A DNA stretch of 64,000 nt from a virus. Both the position numbers and the translations under genes were made by a program. Shown here in pieces: positions 24,607 to 33,028 of this stretch. The notes under the pieces were generated by a model. The model saw only the letters and a list, made by a program, of their open reading frames with translations, was not told where the DNA came from and made no database searches. Each line of letters starts with the position of its first letter. The stretch's first letter is position 1. Where the stretch lies: positions 32,001 through 96,000 of IMG/VR virus record IMGVR_UViG_3300020122_000155. One strand, 5' to 3'.

Positions 24607-25316
24607 GCGAACCGCGCGAAAGGCCGATCCTTTTTTCTTCGCCGATGGTCCGCGCTATTCTATCCGGCGCTAAAGTTCAGACACGCCGGATCGTCAAGCC
24701 GCAGCCGGTGCGAGACCACGAATACCTTGGTGGGTGGGCGATCAAGACGAAGCGCAATGACGTGTCAGTCGCTAGTATCAACCAGGGCATCTATCCCGAA
24801 GCGTGCCCATACGGAAAAGTGGGAGATAAACTTTGGGTCCGAGAGGGGCTTCACCGGCCAGATGGAGATCCTTGGCTGTATCGCGCCGACGACTTGCCCG
24901 TGATGGTTGACAAGGCGGAAGAAACCGCGATGCTCGTTTGGGCGCACCACAAAGAGCAAGACTATTGTCCCGGTATTCACGCGCCGCGTTGGGCCTCGCG
25001 CATCACGCTTGAAATAAGCGGCGTCCGCATCGAGCAATTGAATTGCATCACCGAAGCTGACGCACTCGCCGAAGGCATCCATCGATTCAAATTGCCGAAC
25101 GGAAATGTGTATGGATACGATCCGAATGGGACGCCAGGAAAGATGGTCATGGATTCGGCTACCGACGCCTACGCCGCGCTCTGGGAGAAGATCAACGGAG
25201 CCGGTTCATGGAAGAACAACCCCTTTGTCTGGGTGGTTTCATTCAAACGAATTAAATGCTACGTCGAACCCGCGTTAAGCGCAAACGCACAAAGCCGCGC
25301 CGAGGGAGAATCGTAG
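24603..25316 (+). CDS. ASCH/PUA-like phage protein
   Basis: ERPILFS.PMVRAIL.G.K.QTRR; CPYG..GD.LWVRE; PRWASRITLEI; NPFVWV.SF. Confidence 0.85.
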   Translation: MSEPRERPILFSSPMVRAILSGAKVQTRRIVKPQPVRDHEYLGGWAIKTKRNDVSVASINQGIYPEACPYGKVGDKLWVREGLHRPDGDPWLYRADDLPVMVDKAEETAMLVWAHHKEQDYCPGIHAPRWASRITLEISGVRIEQLNCITEADALAEGIHRFKLPNGNVYGYDPNGTPGKMVMDSATDAYAALWEKINGAGSWKNNPFVWVVSFKRIKCYVEPALSANAQSRAEGES

Positions 25317-25591
25317 ACCGCGAACGCTTGGCGTGGACGGCGCTTCAGCCATGCTGGATAACCGGCGAGATTCCGGCGACTGTGCATCATGTACGTTTCT
25401 TCGGATCACCCAAAGACGATACGCGCACCATCCCCCTAGTCGCGCGGCTGCACATGCTCACGCATGAAATCTCCGGTCAGTTTTGCATTGAACGAGGGAA
25501 ACGAGTGTTCGAGGAATTTTGGGGCGTAAACATCGAGGACGGCGTTGCTAAGTATCAGCGGCTCTACGCGGAGTTTTGCGGCAAAAATTAA
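25256..25591 (+). CDS. DUF968-like degenerate HNH protein
   Basis: LAW...QPC.ITG....VHH...KDD..TIPL...H. Confidence 0.65.
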   Translation: MLRRTRVKRKRTKPRRGRIVDRERLAWTALQPCWITGEIPATVHHVRFFGSPKDDTRTIPLVARLHMLTHEISGQFCIERGKRVFEEFWGVNIEDGVAKYQRLYAEFCGKN

Positions 25592-25595
25592 ATTA

Positions 25596-25623
25596 TTGAC
25601 GAAGTGCAAAAATGGTGCATAAT
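25596..25623 (+). promoter_or_regulatory. Promoter TTGACG-16-CATAAT; probably leaderless to ATG 25630
   Basis: Hexamers; ATG follows the -10 after 6 nt. Confidence 0.6.
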
Positions 25624-25629
25624 GAGTGC

Positions 25630-25821
25630 ATGGCAAAGCGCATCCCGGTATGGAGGAAAGATCAAAAGCTAGAGCGCTTGCATCCAAAGCCATTACGATC
25701 CCGCCTCAATCTTCACATTCCAGAATCGTTAAAAGATCGCCTGAGAATGCGAGCAGAGCGCGAAGGGGAGACCTTAACGGCGTGTGCTATTCGCCTACTC
25801 AAGGATGGCGTGCAAAGATGA
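25630..25821 (+). CDS. Ribbon-helix-helix regulator
   Basis: RLNLHIPESLKDRLRMRAEREGETLT. Confidence 0.75.
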   Translation: MAKRIPVWRKDQKLERLHPKPLRSRLNLHIPESLKDRLRMRAEREGETLTACAIRLLKDGVQR

Positions 25822-25830
25822 GGAGATTTT

Positions 25831-26121
25831 ATGAGCGAACAATGCGGGTGCCGGATCGAGACGAACGGGGACAAAGAACGTGTATTCGGCAAGGAGTTAA
25901 AGATCGCCTACTGCCCCCTTCACCGAGCGGCAGATAAGCTGCTGGAAGCGTTGCGGAATTGTTTATGCCAAACATGCGGTCATCGCTTTGGCTGGACGGA
26001 GCCGCATGGTCCAAGAGACTCGCAAAATATGAGAAGTGACTGGGCTAAGTGCTCGACTTGTAAATTGCCACGCGCCGCCATCGCGCTTGCTGAAGGTGAG
26101 TCAGTGAAGGCGGGGAAATGA
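25831..26121 (+). CDS. Hypothetical protein
   Basis: AGGAG SD; AA..LLEAL...RAAIALAEG phage motif. Confidence 0.7.
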   Translation: MSEQCGCRIETNGDKERVFGKELKIAYCPLHRAADKLLEALRNCLCQTCGHRFGWTEPHGPRDSQNMRSDWAKCSTCKLPRAAIALAEGESVKAGK

Positions 26122-26720
26122 AATGGCGCATCGCAGGAATTGTGCTGGCGTGGCCTATTTCTACCGTCATTGTGTGGGGATTGCTTGCGATCACGGCACA
26201 TTGTCAGGTCATGGCTACGATGGAGTTCATGTCGAGCGCGGGGACTGCGCCATTGATCGGGAGAGGTGTAGCGGCTGCGACGGTTAACATTCATGTCTGC
26301 CCCGTAGGGCCGCTTCCAGTGTCTTTCGACTGGCTGCGCTTCGAGTTCCCTGAGATTCGCTTGTACAGCTTGGAGCAGCAATCAGCAATTCTTTCGCAGC
26401 GTGTGGCGGAATCTCTGCCTGCTAGAATCGCGAAGTGGGGCGGGCGCGCGGTCGAAGTAGGCGGCGTGGCGGTGCAAGCTGAGTCGGCACTGAAGAAATC
26501 TCCCTCGCAGGTGGGAACGGTGGCGACGGTTAGCGGGCTGGCGATCCAGCTTGCAGTGGCATGGGCGTCGAAGGATGTGCCGAAGTATGTGATTTCTAAC
26601 CCAGTTCCGCAAACCCTGACGCTCAAGGATTGCGCGGATTACACCGCCTTAGCAGTTTATGGGAAAGCGCCTGCGGTGGTCGGCCCTAGGCGCGTGGACC
26701 CGATAGGAGTGAAGCCGTGA
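26118..26720 (+). CDS. Secreted or membrane hypothetical protein
   Basis: Hydrophobic N terminus. Confidence 0.6.
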   Translation: MKWRIAGIVLAWPISTVIVWGLLAITAHCQVMATMEFMSSAGTAPLIGRGVAAATVNIHVCPVGPLPVSFDWLRFEFPEIRLYSLEQQSAILSQRVAESLPARIAKWGGRAVEVGGVAVQAESALKKSPSQVGTVATVSGLAIQLAVAWASKDVPKYVISNPVPQTLTLKDCADYTALAVYGKAPAVVGPRRVDPIGVKP

Positions 26721-27253
26721 AATTCGCTTACGCAGACCCACCATATATCGGGCAGGCCAAACAGCATTACTCACACGACCCGCTCTGTGCGGAAGTGGAT
26801 CACCGTTTGTTGATAGACCGCTTGATGACGGACTTCCCTGATGGGTGGGCGCTGTCGGCCAGCACGCCTTCTCTGTCTGTGATCCTGCCGATGTGTCCTC
26901 CAGGTTGGAGAATGGGCGCTTGGTGCAAATCGTTCTGCGCTTTCAAGCGCAACGTGCGGCCTGCCTATGCTTGGGAGCCTGTAATCTTCTACGGAGGCCG
27001 CAACCCGATGAATGGCCATCGGGCGGCTATTCCAGAGAAGAATGGCAAGCAGACGACCCCGAAAGACTTCATTGTTGCGCCCATCACGCTTCAGAAGGGG
27101 TTAGTGGGAGCGAAGCCGATAACGGTTTGTCACTGGATTTTGGATCTCCTTAATTTCCAACAAGGCGACACGATGGAGGATCTTTATCCAGGAACGGGAG
27201 TGATGAGCATGGCTCTCGCCCAAAGAACAATAGTGGCCCTAGGATTAGCATGA
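26717..27253 (+). CDS. Amino-type (N6-A/N4-C) DNA methyltransferase-like protein
   Basis: YADPPY catalytic motif; KP; C-terminal DLYPGTG SAM motif. Confidence 0.8.
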   Translation: MKFAYADPPYIGQAKQHYSHDPLCAEVDHRLLIDRLMTDFPDGWALSASTPSLSVILPMCPPGWRMGAWCKSFCAFKRNVRPAYAWEPVIFYGGRNPMNGHRAAIPEKNGKQTTPKDFIVAPITLQKGLVGAKPITVCHWILDLLNFQQGDTMEDLYPGTGVMSMALAQRTIVALGLA

Positions 27254-27444
27254 CAGCCAAGCGAATTGCGGAGAGGGCGCTGGAACAAGGGCAAACGCAA
27301 GCCCTGCTTGGTAGAGAGGTGGGTAGCCTTTGTGTTCTGTTGGAGGCTTTTAATTTGATTGCGAAATACGGAAATAATATTCCGCAGCGTTCATCCACCG
27401 AGCCCGCGAAGCCCGAAGCCACAAGGAACGAGGCCGGGAAATGA
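27250..27444 (+). CDS. Hypothetical protein
   Basis: ORF track. Confidence 0.5.
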   Translation: MTAKRIAERALEQGQTQALLGREVGSLCVLLEAFNLIAKYGNNIPQRSSTEPAKPEATRNEAGK

Positions 27445-27692
27445 GCTGGAGCGCAGAATGCCTGCATAGAATGTGTTCTGCCTGCAATTTTGAGGATTGT
27501 GAATGCAGGCATCATTTATTAGAGGCGATGGATGATGATGTGTCCACTGCGGATTATGTTGTAACGGAGGTAAGTCAGGAAAGGGTTGTCTATGGCTACT
27601 GCATCTTGTGTGAAGCATTTGATGGATATAAGGCAGGCGTGATGCTGTGCGATGAATGTCAATCCGGCACATCCAGCGGCAAAGGGGAGTGA
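27441..27692 (+). CDS. Cys-rich hypothetical protein
   Basis: ORF track. Confidence 0.55.
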   Translation: MSWSAECLHRMCSACNFEDCECRHHLLEAMDDDVSTADYVVTEVSQERVVYGYCILCEAFDGYKAGVMLCDECQSGTSSGKGE

Positions 27693-27693
27693 G

Positions 27694-27915
27694 ATGGCGG
27701 AAAATAGCAAGGTGCTGACGCGGGCGCAGTTGGATGTGATTAAGGACGAAGTTTGCTGCAACGATGTTGTCATGTTACTTGCCTTCATCGAGGACCATCT
27801 CCTGCCAATATGCAAATTAGCAGGAAGCGATACAACGCATTATGCAGAAGGGGCTGGAGGGCTTGAGGATTTGCGTCGTAAAGCCAATCGCATTGTTCGC
27901 GAAGGGGGCTACTGA
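27694..27915 (+). CDS. Hypothetical protein
   Basis: MAENSK... with GGGGAG SD. Confidence 0.6.
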   Translation: MAENSKVLTRAQLDVIKDEVCCNDVVMLLAFIEDHLLPICKLAGSDTTHYAEGAGGLEDLRRKANRIVREGGY

Positions 27916-27916
27916 G

Positions 27917-28795
27917 ATGGCGGAACAAGCGGGAATGACGGAAGGGATGTCGGAGCGCGAGAAGTTTATTCGAGGGGCACAGTTCTGCATTCACGACGAA
28001 GATGCGGGAAATTATCTCATTGGTGTCATAGACGTAATCCGCGAGGATAGAAATCGCCTACGCTCCGAGAACGCGGCAAAGGACGAAGAGATTGCGCGGC
28101 TAGGATTCGCAGTACGGAACGTGATGGAAGCGACTGGCATCACATTGGATAATCCATCTGGAGATCTGGCTGACGAACTAGCTAATGTCATGCAGGCGTT
28201 CATCATGGACAAATCGAACGACGTGAAAGCAGTCCAGGCGCAACTGGCCCAGGCCCGTAGGATTCCAGGATGCCCTGAAGGGATGCGGGTGGTAAAAATT
28301 GGTCCCTTGGTATTTTCAGATCGTGGGGATATTAGGCAGGCATGGCTGGAGCCCTCCGAAGAGGGCGCGGCCTCGCAATTTCACTACGACGTTTCGCGTG
28401 ATGCGAGCGGCTCGATAAAGTTCCAAATCAACGAGTCGGATATTCCGCGAGCGTTTCATCCGCTGAATGCCGCTGAGAACAAGGGCTCCACTTCGCCCGT
28501 ATCTGCTGAGGCCCCGGCCTGTACGGAATCCGAATCGGCCATCAAGTACAAACATCCCGGACCAGTGGGAACGAACTTCCTAGATGCAGAGCAAGCAGAG
28601 GCGATGGTTCGGCACATGATAGAAGGCCTACCATCCGTGCCAGCGGAGACGCCAAAGGTGAGCATTGAATATCTCGGAGAAGTGTTCATGGAGACAGGGG
28701 GGTCTATTTATGGGAGCGATCAAGATCTTGATAATGGCATCCGTGCCGTAGCCCGCGCCTTGGGGTGCGAGGATCGAATCGAGGAGGAGAAATAA
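27917..28795 (+). CDS. Mosaic phage hypothetical protein
   Basis: ORF track; start at MAEQAG. Confidence 0.7.
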   Translation: MAEQAGMTEGMSEREKFIRGAQFCIHDEDAGNYLIGVIDVIREDRNRLRSENAAKDEEIARLGFAVRNVMEATGITLDNPSGDLADELANVMQAFIMDKSNDVKAVQAQLAQARRIPGCPEGMRVVKIGPLVFSDRGDIRQAWLEPSEEGAASQFHYDVSRDASGSIKFQINESDIPRAFHPLNAAENKGSTSPVSAEAPACTESESAIKYKHPGPVGTNFLDAEQAEAMVRHMIEGLPSVPAETPKVSIEYLGEVFMETGGSIYGSDQDLDNGIRAVARALGCEDRIEEEK

Positions 28796-28796
28796 G

Positions 28797-28979
28797 ATGC
28801 TCGGATTTCCGAACGCAGAACAGTTGAAGGCCATGGAGGTCGAAGGGATTCAGCAATTCCTAGACGGCATCAGGGCGCAGATACCGCAGTTAGTCGCAGC
28901 GCTTGCGAAGCTGGGGGAGACGCATCGAGCACGGATTACCATGCCAGCGGACGGCAAGGGCGGGGTGATCGTGGAATAG
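28797..28979 (+). CDS. Hypothetical protein
   Basis: GAGGAG SD. Confidence 0.6.
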   Translation: MLGFPNAEQLKAMEVEGIQQFLDGIRAQIPQLVAALAKLGETHRARITMPADGKGGVIVE

Positions 28980-28990
28980 GAGGAGAAGGC

Positions 28991-29296
28991 ATGAAATTCT
29001 TCGAGAACACTCAGAGGTTCGATCTAGCTGGCCGCTTTTCTGTGGAACAACGTCGCTTTGGATGGATGCTAAGAAAGCACCCGAAGGCGAAGGGTATTTG
29101 TAGTAAGCGCGGGGCGCATTGGCAACTAATAGTTCATCATGACGGGTTATCTGATTTATCCGATGCTGACTTGGATGCCGTTCACGACGATGCCCTAGCG
29201 CGAGTGTGGTCGGTGATGCGGGCCATCGGAGAAGAGAAAAAGAGACGAGCAGAGCCCGTCCAAGACGCAACGCTGACGGAGGCCGAAACGAAATGA
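28991..29296 (+). CDS. Hypothetical protein
   Basis: AGGAGG SD. Confidence 0.65.
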   Translation: MKFFENTQRFDLAGRFSVEQRRFGWMLRKHPKAKGICSKRGAHWQLIVHHDGLSDLSDADLDAVHDDALARVWSVMRAIGEEKKRRAEPVQDATLTEAETK

Positions 29297-29622
29297 ACAA
29301 CGCCGATAAATTGGCCTCAGGCAGCATCCCGGCTTCGCTCGAATCGGAGCAAGTTCGACAGCCGACCAAGGTTGGCATCGCGGTTGAATGCGTGGTGTGC
29401 GGCCTTCGCAAGGTTCCGCGTGGAAGGTCAGCCCCGCTGGAAATGGCGAACTCGATGTGCGACTACGAATGCCACGGCTATTATCAGAAGCCTTTCGTGG
29501 GCTGCTTATGGCCGGGAGAAACCGACGCGGATTTTGGTTATCCGTGCGGTGATGACGGAATAGTAGCTTTTGTGCCCTCCTCCTCAGTCAGCACCGAAGC
29601 GCAGAACGAGGCCATCAAATGA
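29293..29622 (+). CDS. Cys-rich hypothetical protein
   Basis: CVVCG.RK.PRGRSAP...C..EC.GY...G.LWPGE. Confidence 0.6.
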   Translation: MNNADKLASGSIPASLESEQVRQPTKVGIAVECVVCGLRKVPRGRSAPLEMANSMCDYECHGYYQKPFVGCLWPGETDADFGYPCGDDGIVAFVPSSSVSTEAQNEAIK

Positions 29623-29873
29623 GCGAATCGGCGTTAGGCGGTTGGGCAAATCATGGAGGCAAGGTAGCCGGATTATCGCAAGCCCTGGCGTGTCCGTTCT
29701 GCGGCGAACAGCCACTCATCGTTCCGTGGCATGGCGGCGGTCCGCGAAAGCGAAATGTGTTTTGCGCAAACGACACCTGCTTAGTGCAGCCGGGGGTTTG
29801 TGGGACTACTGAGAATCGTGCCCTTGAGAATTGGAACTATCGACCACCTAGGAAAAGGAGCGTAGCGGCATGA
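29619..29873 (+). CDS. Lar-like (restriction alleviation) Zn-ribbon protein
   Basis: L.CPFCG..P...V.C...C...A...WN.R pattern. Confidence 0.65.
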   Translation: MSESALGGWANHGGKVAGLSQALACPFCGEQPLIVPWHGGGPRKRNVFCANDTCLVQPGVCGTTENRALENWNYRPPRKRSVAA

Positions 29874-30073
29874 ATGACGAACAGCAATACGACTATGCCT
29901 TCTCCGTACCAATGGGAGAACCATCCGCAACACCCGGCGAAGAACGCATCGATGTAGATTACCGCACTGCAGCATACGCAGAAGCGGGGCAGATAAACCC
30001 TGATCCAGAGGAGTGGTCTCTAGCCACTTCGGAACAGATCGCAGCCGTAAAAAAGGAGCATACTGAAGCATGA
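29870..30073 (+). CDS. Hypothetical protein
   Basis: ORF track. Confidence 0.55.
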   Translation: MNDEQQYDYAFSVPMGEPSATPGEERIDVDYRTAAYAEAGQINPDPEEWSLATSEQIAAVKKEHTEA

Positions 30074-30417
30074 CAACATTCGCAGAGGCCGCAAAAGTGG
30101 CAAAGGAATGCGATGGCACGGCCAGTCCGCTGCCAGAGTATAGAAGCCACAAGCACGTTTACGCACTTAAGATCAAGGAAGTTATTTCAGCGCCTAAGCC
30201 CACCATCGAAGAACTCGATGCAATTTTGAATGGCAACGGCCGCGAGGACATCGGGGGATTCATAGTCCCAGAAGATCGCTTTGCACCGATTGCAGTCAGT
30301 CGCGATTGGTTGTCGAAACATGAACCACAAGTTGGAGGCTATCTCGTATTTTACAAGGACGGCTACCGCTCTTTTTCACCTGCTCAAGCATTCGAGGAAG
30401 GATACACACGAGTATGA
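30070..30417 (+). CDS. Conserved-type phage protein
   Basis: P.Y.SHK.V.ALKI...KH.P..GGY.V.Y.DGY.SFSPA.AFE.GY. Confidence 0.75.
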   Translation: MTTFAEAAKVAKECDGTASPLPEYRSHKHVYALKIKEVISAPKPTIEELDAILNGNGREDIGGFIVPEDRFAPIAVSRDWLSKHEPQVGGYLVFYKDGYRSFSPAQAFEEGYTRV

Positions 30418-31220
30418 GCACCATCCCCGGCACTTTTGCCCAACGACCGCCGACGCCCGCGACCTCGCCCTACGGCATGAGCGAGCTTTACCTATACGGC
30501 ATCTTCACCCGAGCATCGGCCAAGGCTGCGGGACTGCCAGAGAGTTGCACGCCGCCGTTCAACCCGGCACTGCCCGTCAAGAACTGGGTGGCCCTCGATG
30601 TGGACGACACGGATGTGAACTCGTTCCTGACGCTCAAGACGGTCAAGATGGGCGATGTCAGCCAAGTTGTGCTCCCGGCCAAGTTCGTCCCGTTCCTGAC
30701 GCAGGCGGGGCAGGCGAGCACGCTGAACCTGCCTGATGAAGCGGCGAGTTACCCGCCGTATGTGGTTGAGCCCACCGGAGCTTATGTGAACAACGGAGGG
30801 CCTATTAATCCTGAGTATTTGGCGACTCTGGAGCAGGCGCAGGAAATGCGTAAAGCGCTTGGCGCGGAGGGTGCGGCGATTGTGGCATGGCAACCGACCG
30901 GAGGGCCGGGAGGATTCCAGATCATCTATCCAGCAGATGAGCATCGCCGCTGGCTGCAATTCACGGACGGATTCGGCCAAGTCCAGACGGTGGGCGTGAT
31001 GCTCCGCGCCATGAACCAGAACGGCGTAGGCGCTCCCGGTCAGTGGGTGAACGATGGCAAGACGTGGCAGTGGCTCCCGACGCACTCAGCGCCGTCTGAC
31101 CCGCCGCACGGCCCGATCTTCCCGATGCCGATGGGCAGACTGCTGCCGGAAGAGAGCATTATCACGGAGTTCTCAATCGGCCCGATGATTTCAAACTCGA
31201 AGTTGCCGCAAGGCGTGTAA
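30414..31220 (+). CDS. Pro-rich hypothetical protein
   Basis: 268-aa ORF with strong GC3 bias. Confidence 0.75.
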   Translation: MSTIPGTFAQRPPTPATSPYGMSELYLYGIFTRASAKAAGLPESCTPPFNPALPVKNWVALDVDDTDVNSFLTLKTVKMGDVSQVVLPAKFVPFLTQAGQASTLNLPDEAASYPPYVVEPTGAYVNNGGPINPEYLATLEQAQEMRKALGAEGAAIVAWQPTGGPGGFQIIYPADEHRRWLQFTDGFGQVQTVGVMLRAMNQNGVGAPGQWVNDGKTWQWLPTHSAPSDPPHGPIFPMPMGRLLPEESIITEFSIGPMISNSKLPQGV

Positions 31221-31231
31221 GAATATTTTAT

Positions 31232-31380
31232 GCTGGCGTCAATCTTGATGATGAAGGATACGGGGCGTAGCGGTGAGGTTCCTTCGAAGTCCGACGCACG
31301 CCACAGGTAAGCAGCGTCAAAGAGACTGCAAGCACCTGATGGTGGAAACCTCAGCCGGGTTAGAACCGGCACGCCAGCCA
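31232..31380 (+). ncRNA. Candidate tRNA-like RNA (about 150 nt) with a large structured insertion
   Basis: End-to-end stem GCTGGCGT/ACGCCAGC directly after the T-like arm GCCGG-GTTAGAA-CCGGC; D-like hairpin ATCTT/AGGAT; internal GAGGTT/AACCTC. Confidence 0.6.
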
Positions 31381-31406
31381 ACCAATTTTAGTAAAGAGGA
31401 GACCAA

Positions 31407-31643
31407 ATGTTAAAAACTGACCTGATCAAAGCAAAGCAGGACGTGGAGGCGGGGAATAGCGCCATCCAAAACGCGATCAACCGCTACGGATCACTTCTCG
31501 CGGAAGATAAGCGGCAGCAGTTCTTTGATTTCCTGCGGCTATTACAGCCGGAGTCAATGGGTGGAACGCACGGAAACGGTGTGCTAAACGAGTTCACGGC
31601 GGCGTTGCAGACGCTGATCGACTCGACGCCGGATGGGGAGTAG
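31407..31643 (+). CDS. Hypothetical protein
   Basis: GAGGAG SD. Confidence 0.65.
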   Translation: MLKTDLIKAKQDVEAGNSAIQNAINRYGSLLAEDKRQQFFDFLRLLQPESMGGTHGNGVLNEFTAALQTLIDSTPDGE

Positions 31644-31645
31644 CC

Positions 31646-32053
31646 ATGCGAGAACTTACAGACCATATCGTGAGCGGCGATCAAGCTGTGCAGTTGAAGA
31701 TCGAAGTTACTGACGAGCCGGGGGCTGGGGGCGCAAACCATCGATACGAAATAACGGGCTTCGACACCAAGCCTAATCCCTCCGCGAAGGATCGCGCTGG
31801 CTATATGTCCAGCTATTCGCGGGAGTTGGTGCTGTTTCAGAATGGCCCAATCAAAGAGGCTGGCGTAAACGGCATAACGCAAGAAGCGCTACTGGCTATT
31901 GTGATTGACCGCCTGCGGAGTTTCCAGGCTGGCCCGTTCGCTTGCCGCGAGAATGCAATCTCGTTGACCCATTGCGAGGAAGCGCTGATGTGGCTCCAGC
32001 GACGCACGGTCGCACGCATCAAGCGCGGCGTCGAAGGAACGAACGTAAAGTAG
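31646..32053 (+). CDS. tad1: Tad1-like anti-defence signal-sponge protein
   Basis: G.GGA.H.Y.I...FQNGP....VNG....LL.IVIDRL.SFQAGPF.CRENA..LTH.EEALMW..RR...RI.R.V.GT closely follows the Tad1 family pattern. Confidence 0.85.
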   Translation: MRELTDHIVSGDQAVQLKIEVTDEPGAGGANHRYEITGFDTKPNPSAKDRAGYMSSYSRELVLFQNGPIKEAGVNGITQEALLAIVIDRLRSFQAGPFACRENAISLTHCEEALMWLQRRTVARIKRGVEGTNVK

Positions 32054-32068
32054 GAGTAGAATAACCCC

Positions 32069-32200
32069 ATGCGAACCATTCTCTTAACCCTTCTCGCGGC
32101 CTTGCTGTTGAGCGCCGCGCCGATCCACTCCCAGCGGGACATCAACCCCTGCGGTAATAACTGGCCTCCGGTTTCGCCGTGTCCGGGGAGCGGGCAGTAG
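32069..32200 (+). CDS. Small secreted Cys/Pro peptide (43 aa)
   Basis: Manual translation MRTILLTLLAALLLSAAPIHSQRDINPCGNNWPPVSPCPGSGQ*; AGGAG upstream. Confidence 0.65.
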   Translation: MRTILLTLLAALLLSAAPIHSQRDINPCGNNWPPVSPCPGSGQ

Positions 32201-32492
32201 TCACCAATGATTATAAAGGGAAAACACAAGGACTATCCAAAACTGTGGATTCTGCCACGTATTGAGTCAAACCCTTTTAGTATTGGTGTTGTGTGGCTTT
32301 GGTGGGGCATAATGCTGCTTAAGGATAGCAAGGAACACAAATGAAATTCCATCCCTCATCCTCAATAGGATGTGGTTGCGATCATCCGAAGACTGACCGC
32401 GATTCGGCTGAATGGATGGTATGTGCGGTCTGGCTTGCGCTCGCCTCTTTTGGGTGGGCGCAGGTCACCACAGTTCCACCCACTAGCGCAAA

Positions 32493-32756
32493 ATGAGACT
32501 GCATCGAGACAGCTATCACAGAGAGTTCGGCCAGCATTCCGGCATCCCGGAGTGCTGCATCGAGCACTTCATCTCAGGAAACTACCTGGAGGGTTTCACC
32601 GAACACCTTGGCTACCGCCGATGCGATTCCTGTCGAGCCAGCGGGAGGATCGCGGAGATTCACACTTGCTCGGAAGAATGCGCTCCGTTTTTGCGGAGCA
32701 TCGGCATGAGCGAGGATGCGATTGAGGGGCACGTGTCGCGCTTGGTGTCCAAATGA
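32493..32756 (+). CDS. Cys-rich hypothetical protein
   Basis: ORF track. Confidence 0.6.
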   Translation: MRLHRDSYHREFGQHSGIPECCIEHFISGNYLEGFTEHLGYRRCDSCRASGRIAEIHTCSEECAPFLRSIGMSEDAIEGHVSRLVSK

Positions 32757-33028
32757 GACTCGCCCTGCTCGGCCTCTGGACCTCGGCGGCAATTTACGCT
32801 TGGTGGTTAATCTATCTTGAGGATGCTGACTCTGTACCTTCCTGGATTCAGCCAGTGATCGTGATGTTAGCCGTGTCGGGAGTCGCAGCGCTCCCCTTGG
32901 TTTGGTTCTGTTTTCTTATGGACTCACTGGGAACTTCGCTTGATCCCCGCTCGCCAGCACCGCGTTCCCGCTCGTCAAGTACTGCGTCTGGAGGAGATAA
33001 TCCCCTTGCCGCACATCCAGGCCGCTGA
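32753..33028 (+). CDS. Small two-TM membrane protein
   Basis: Two hydrophobic segments; converges on the late arm. Confidence 0.5.
   Translation: MRLALLGLWTSAAIYAWWLIYLEDADSVPSWIQPVIVMLAVSGVAALPLVWFCFLMDSLGTSLDPRSPAPRSRSSSTASGGDNPLAAHPGR

Noticed and set aside
30070-30417. Tad2 (DUF2829) anti-defence protein
   Set aside because: It has the GY.V.Y.DGY.S.SP motif that I recall is often fused to DUF2829, but not the recognisable DUF2829 core
31261-31352. HDV-like (theta) ribozyme
   Set aside because: The nested topology is loosely similar, but I could not place the P1.1 pairing or the catalytic C in J4/2
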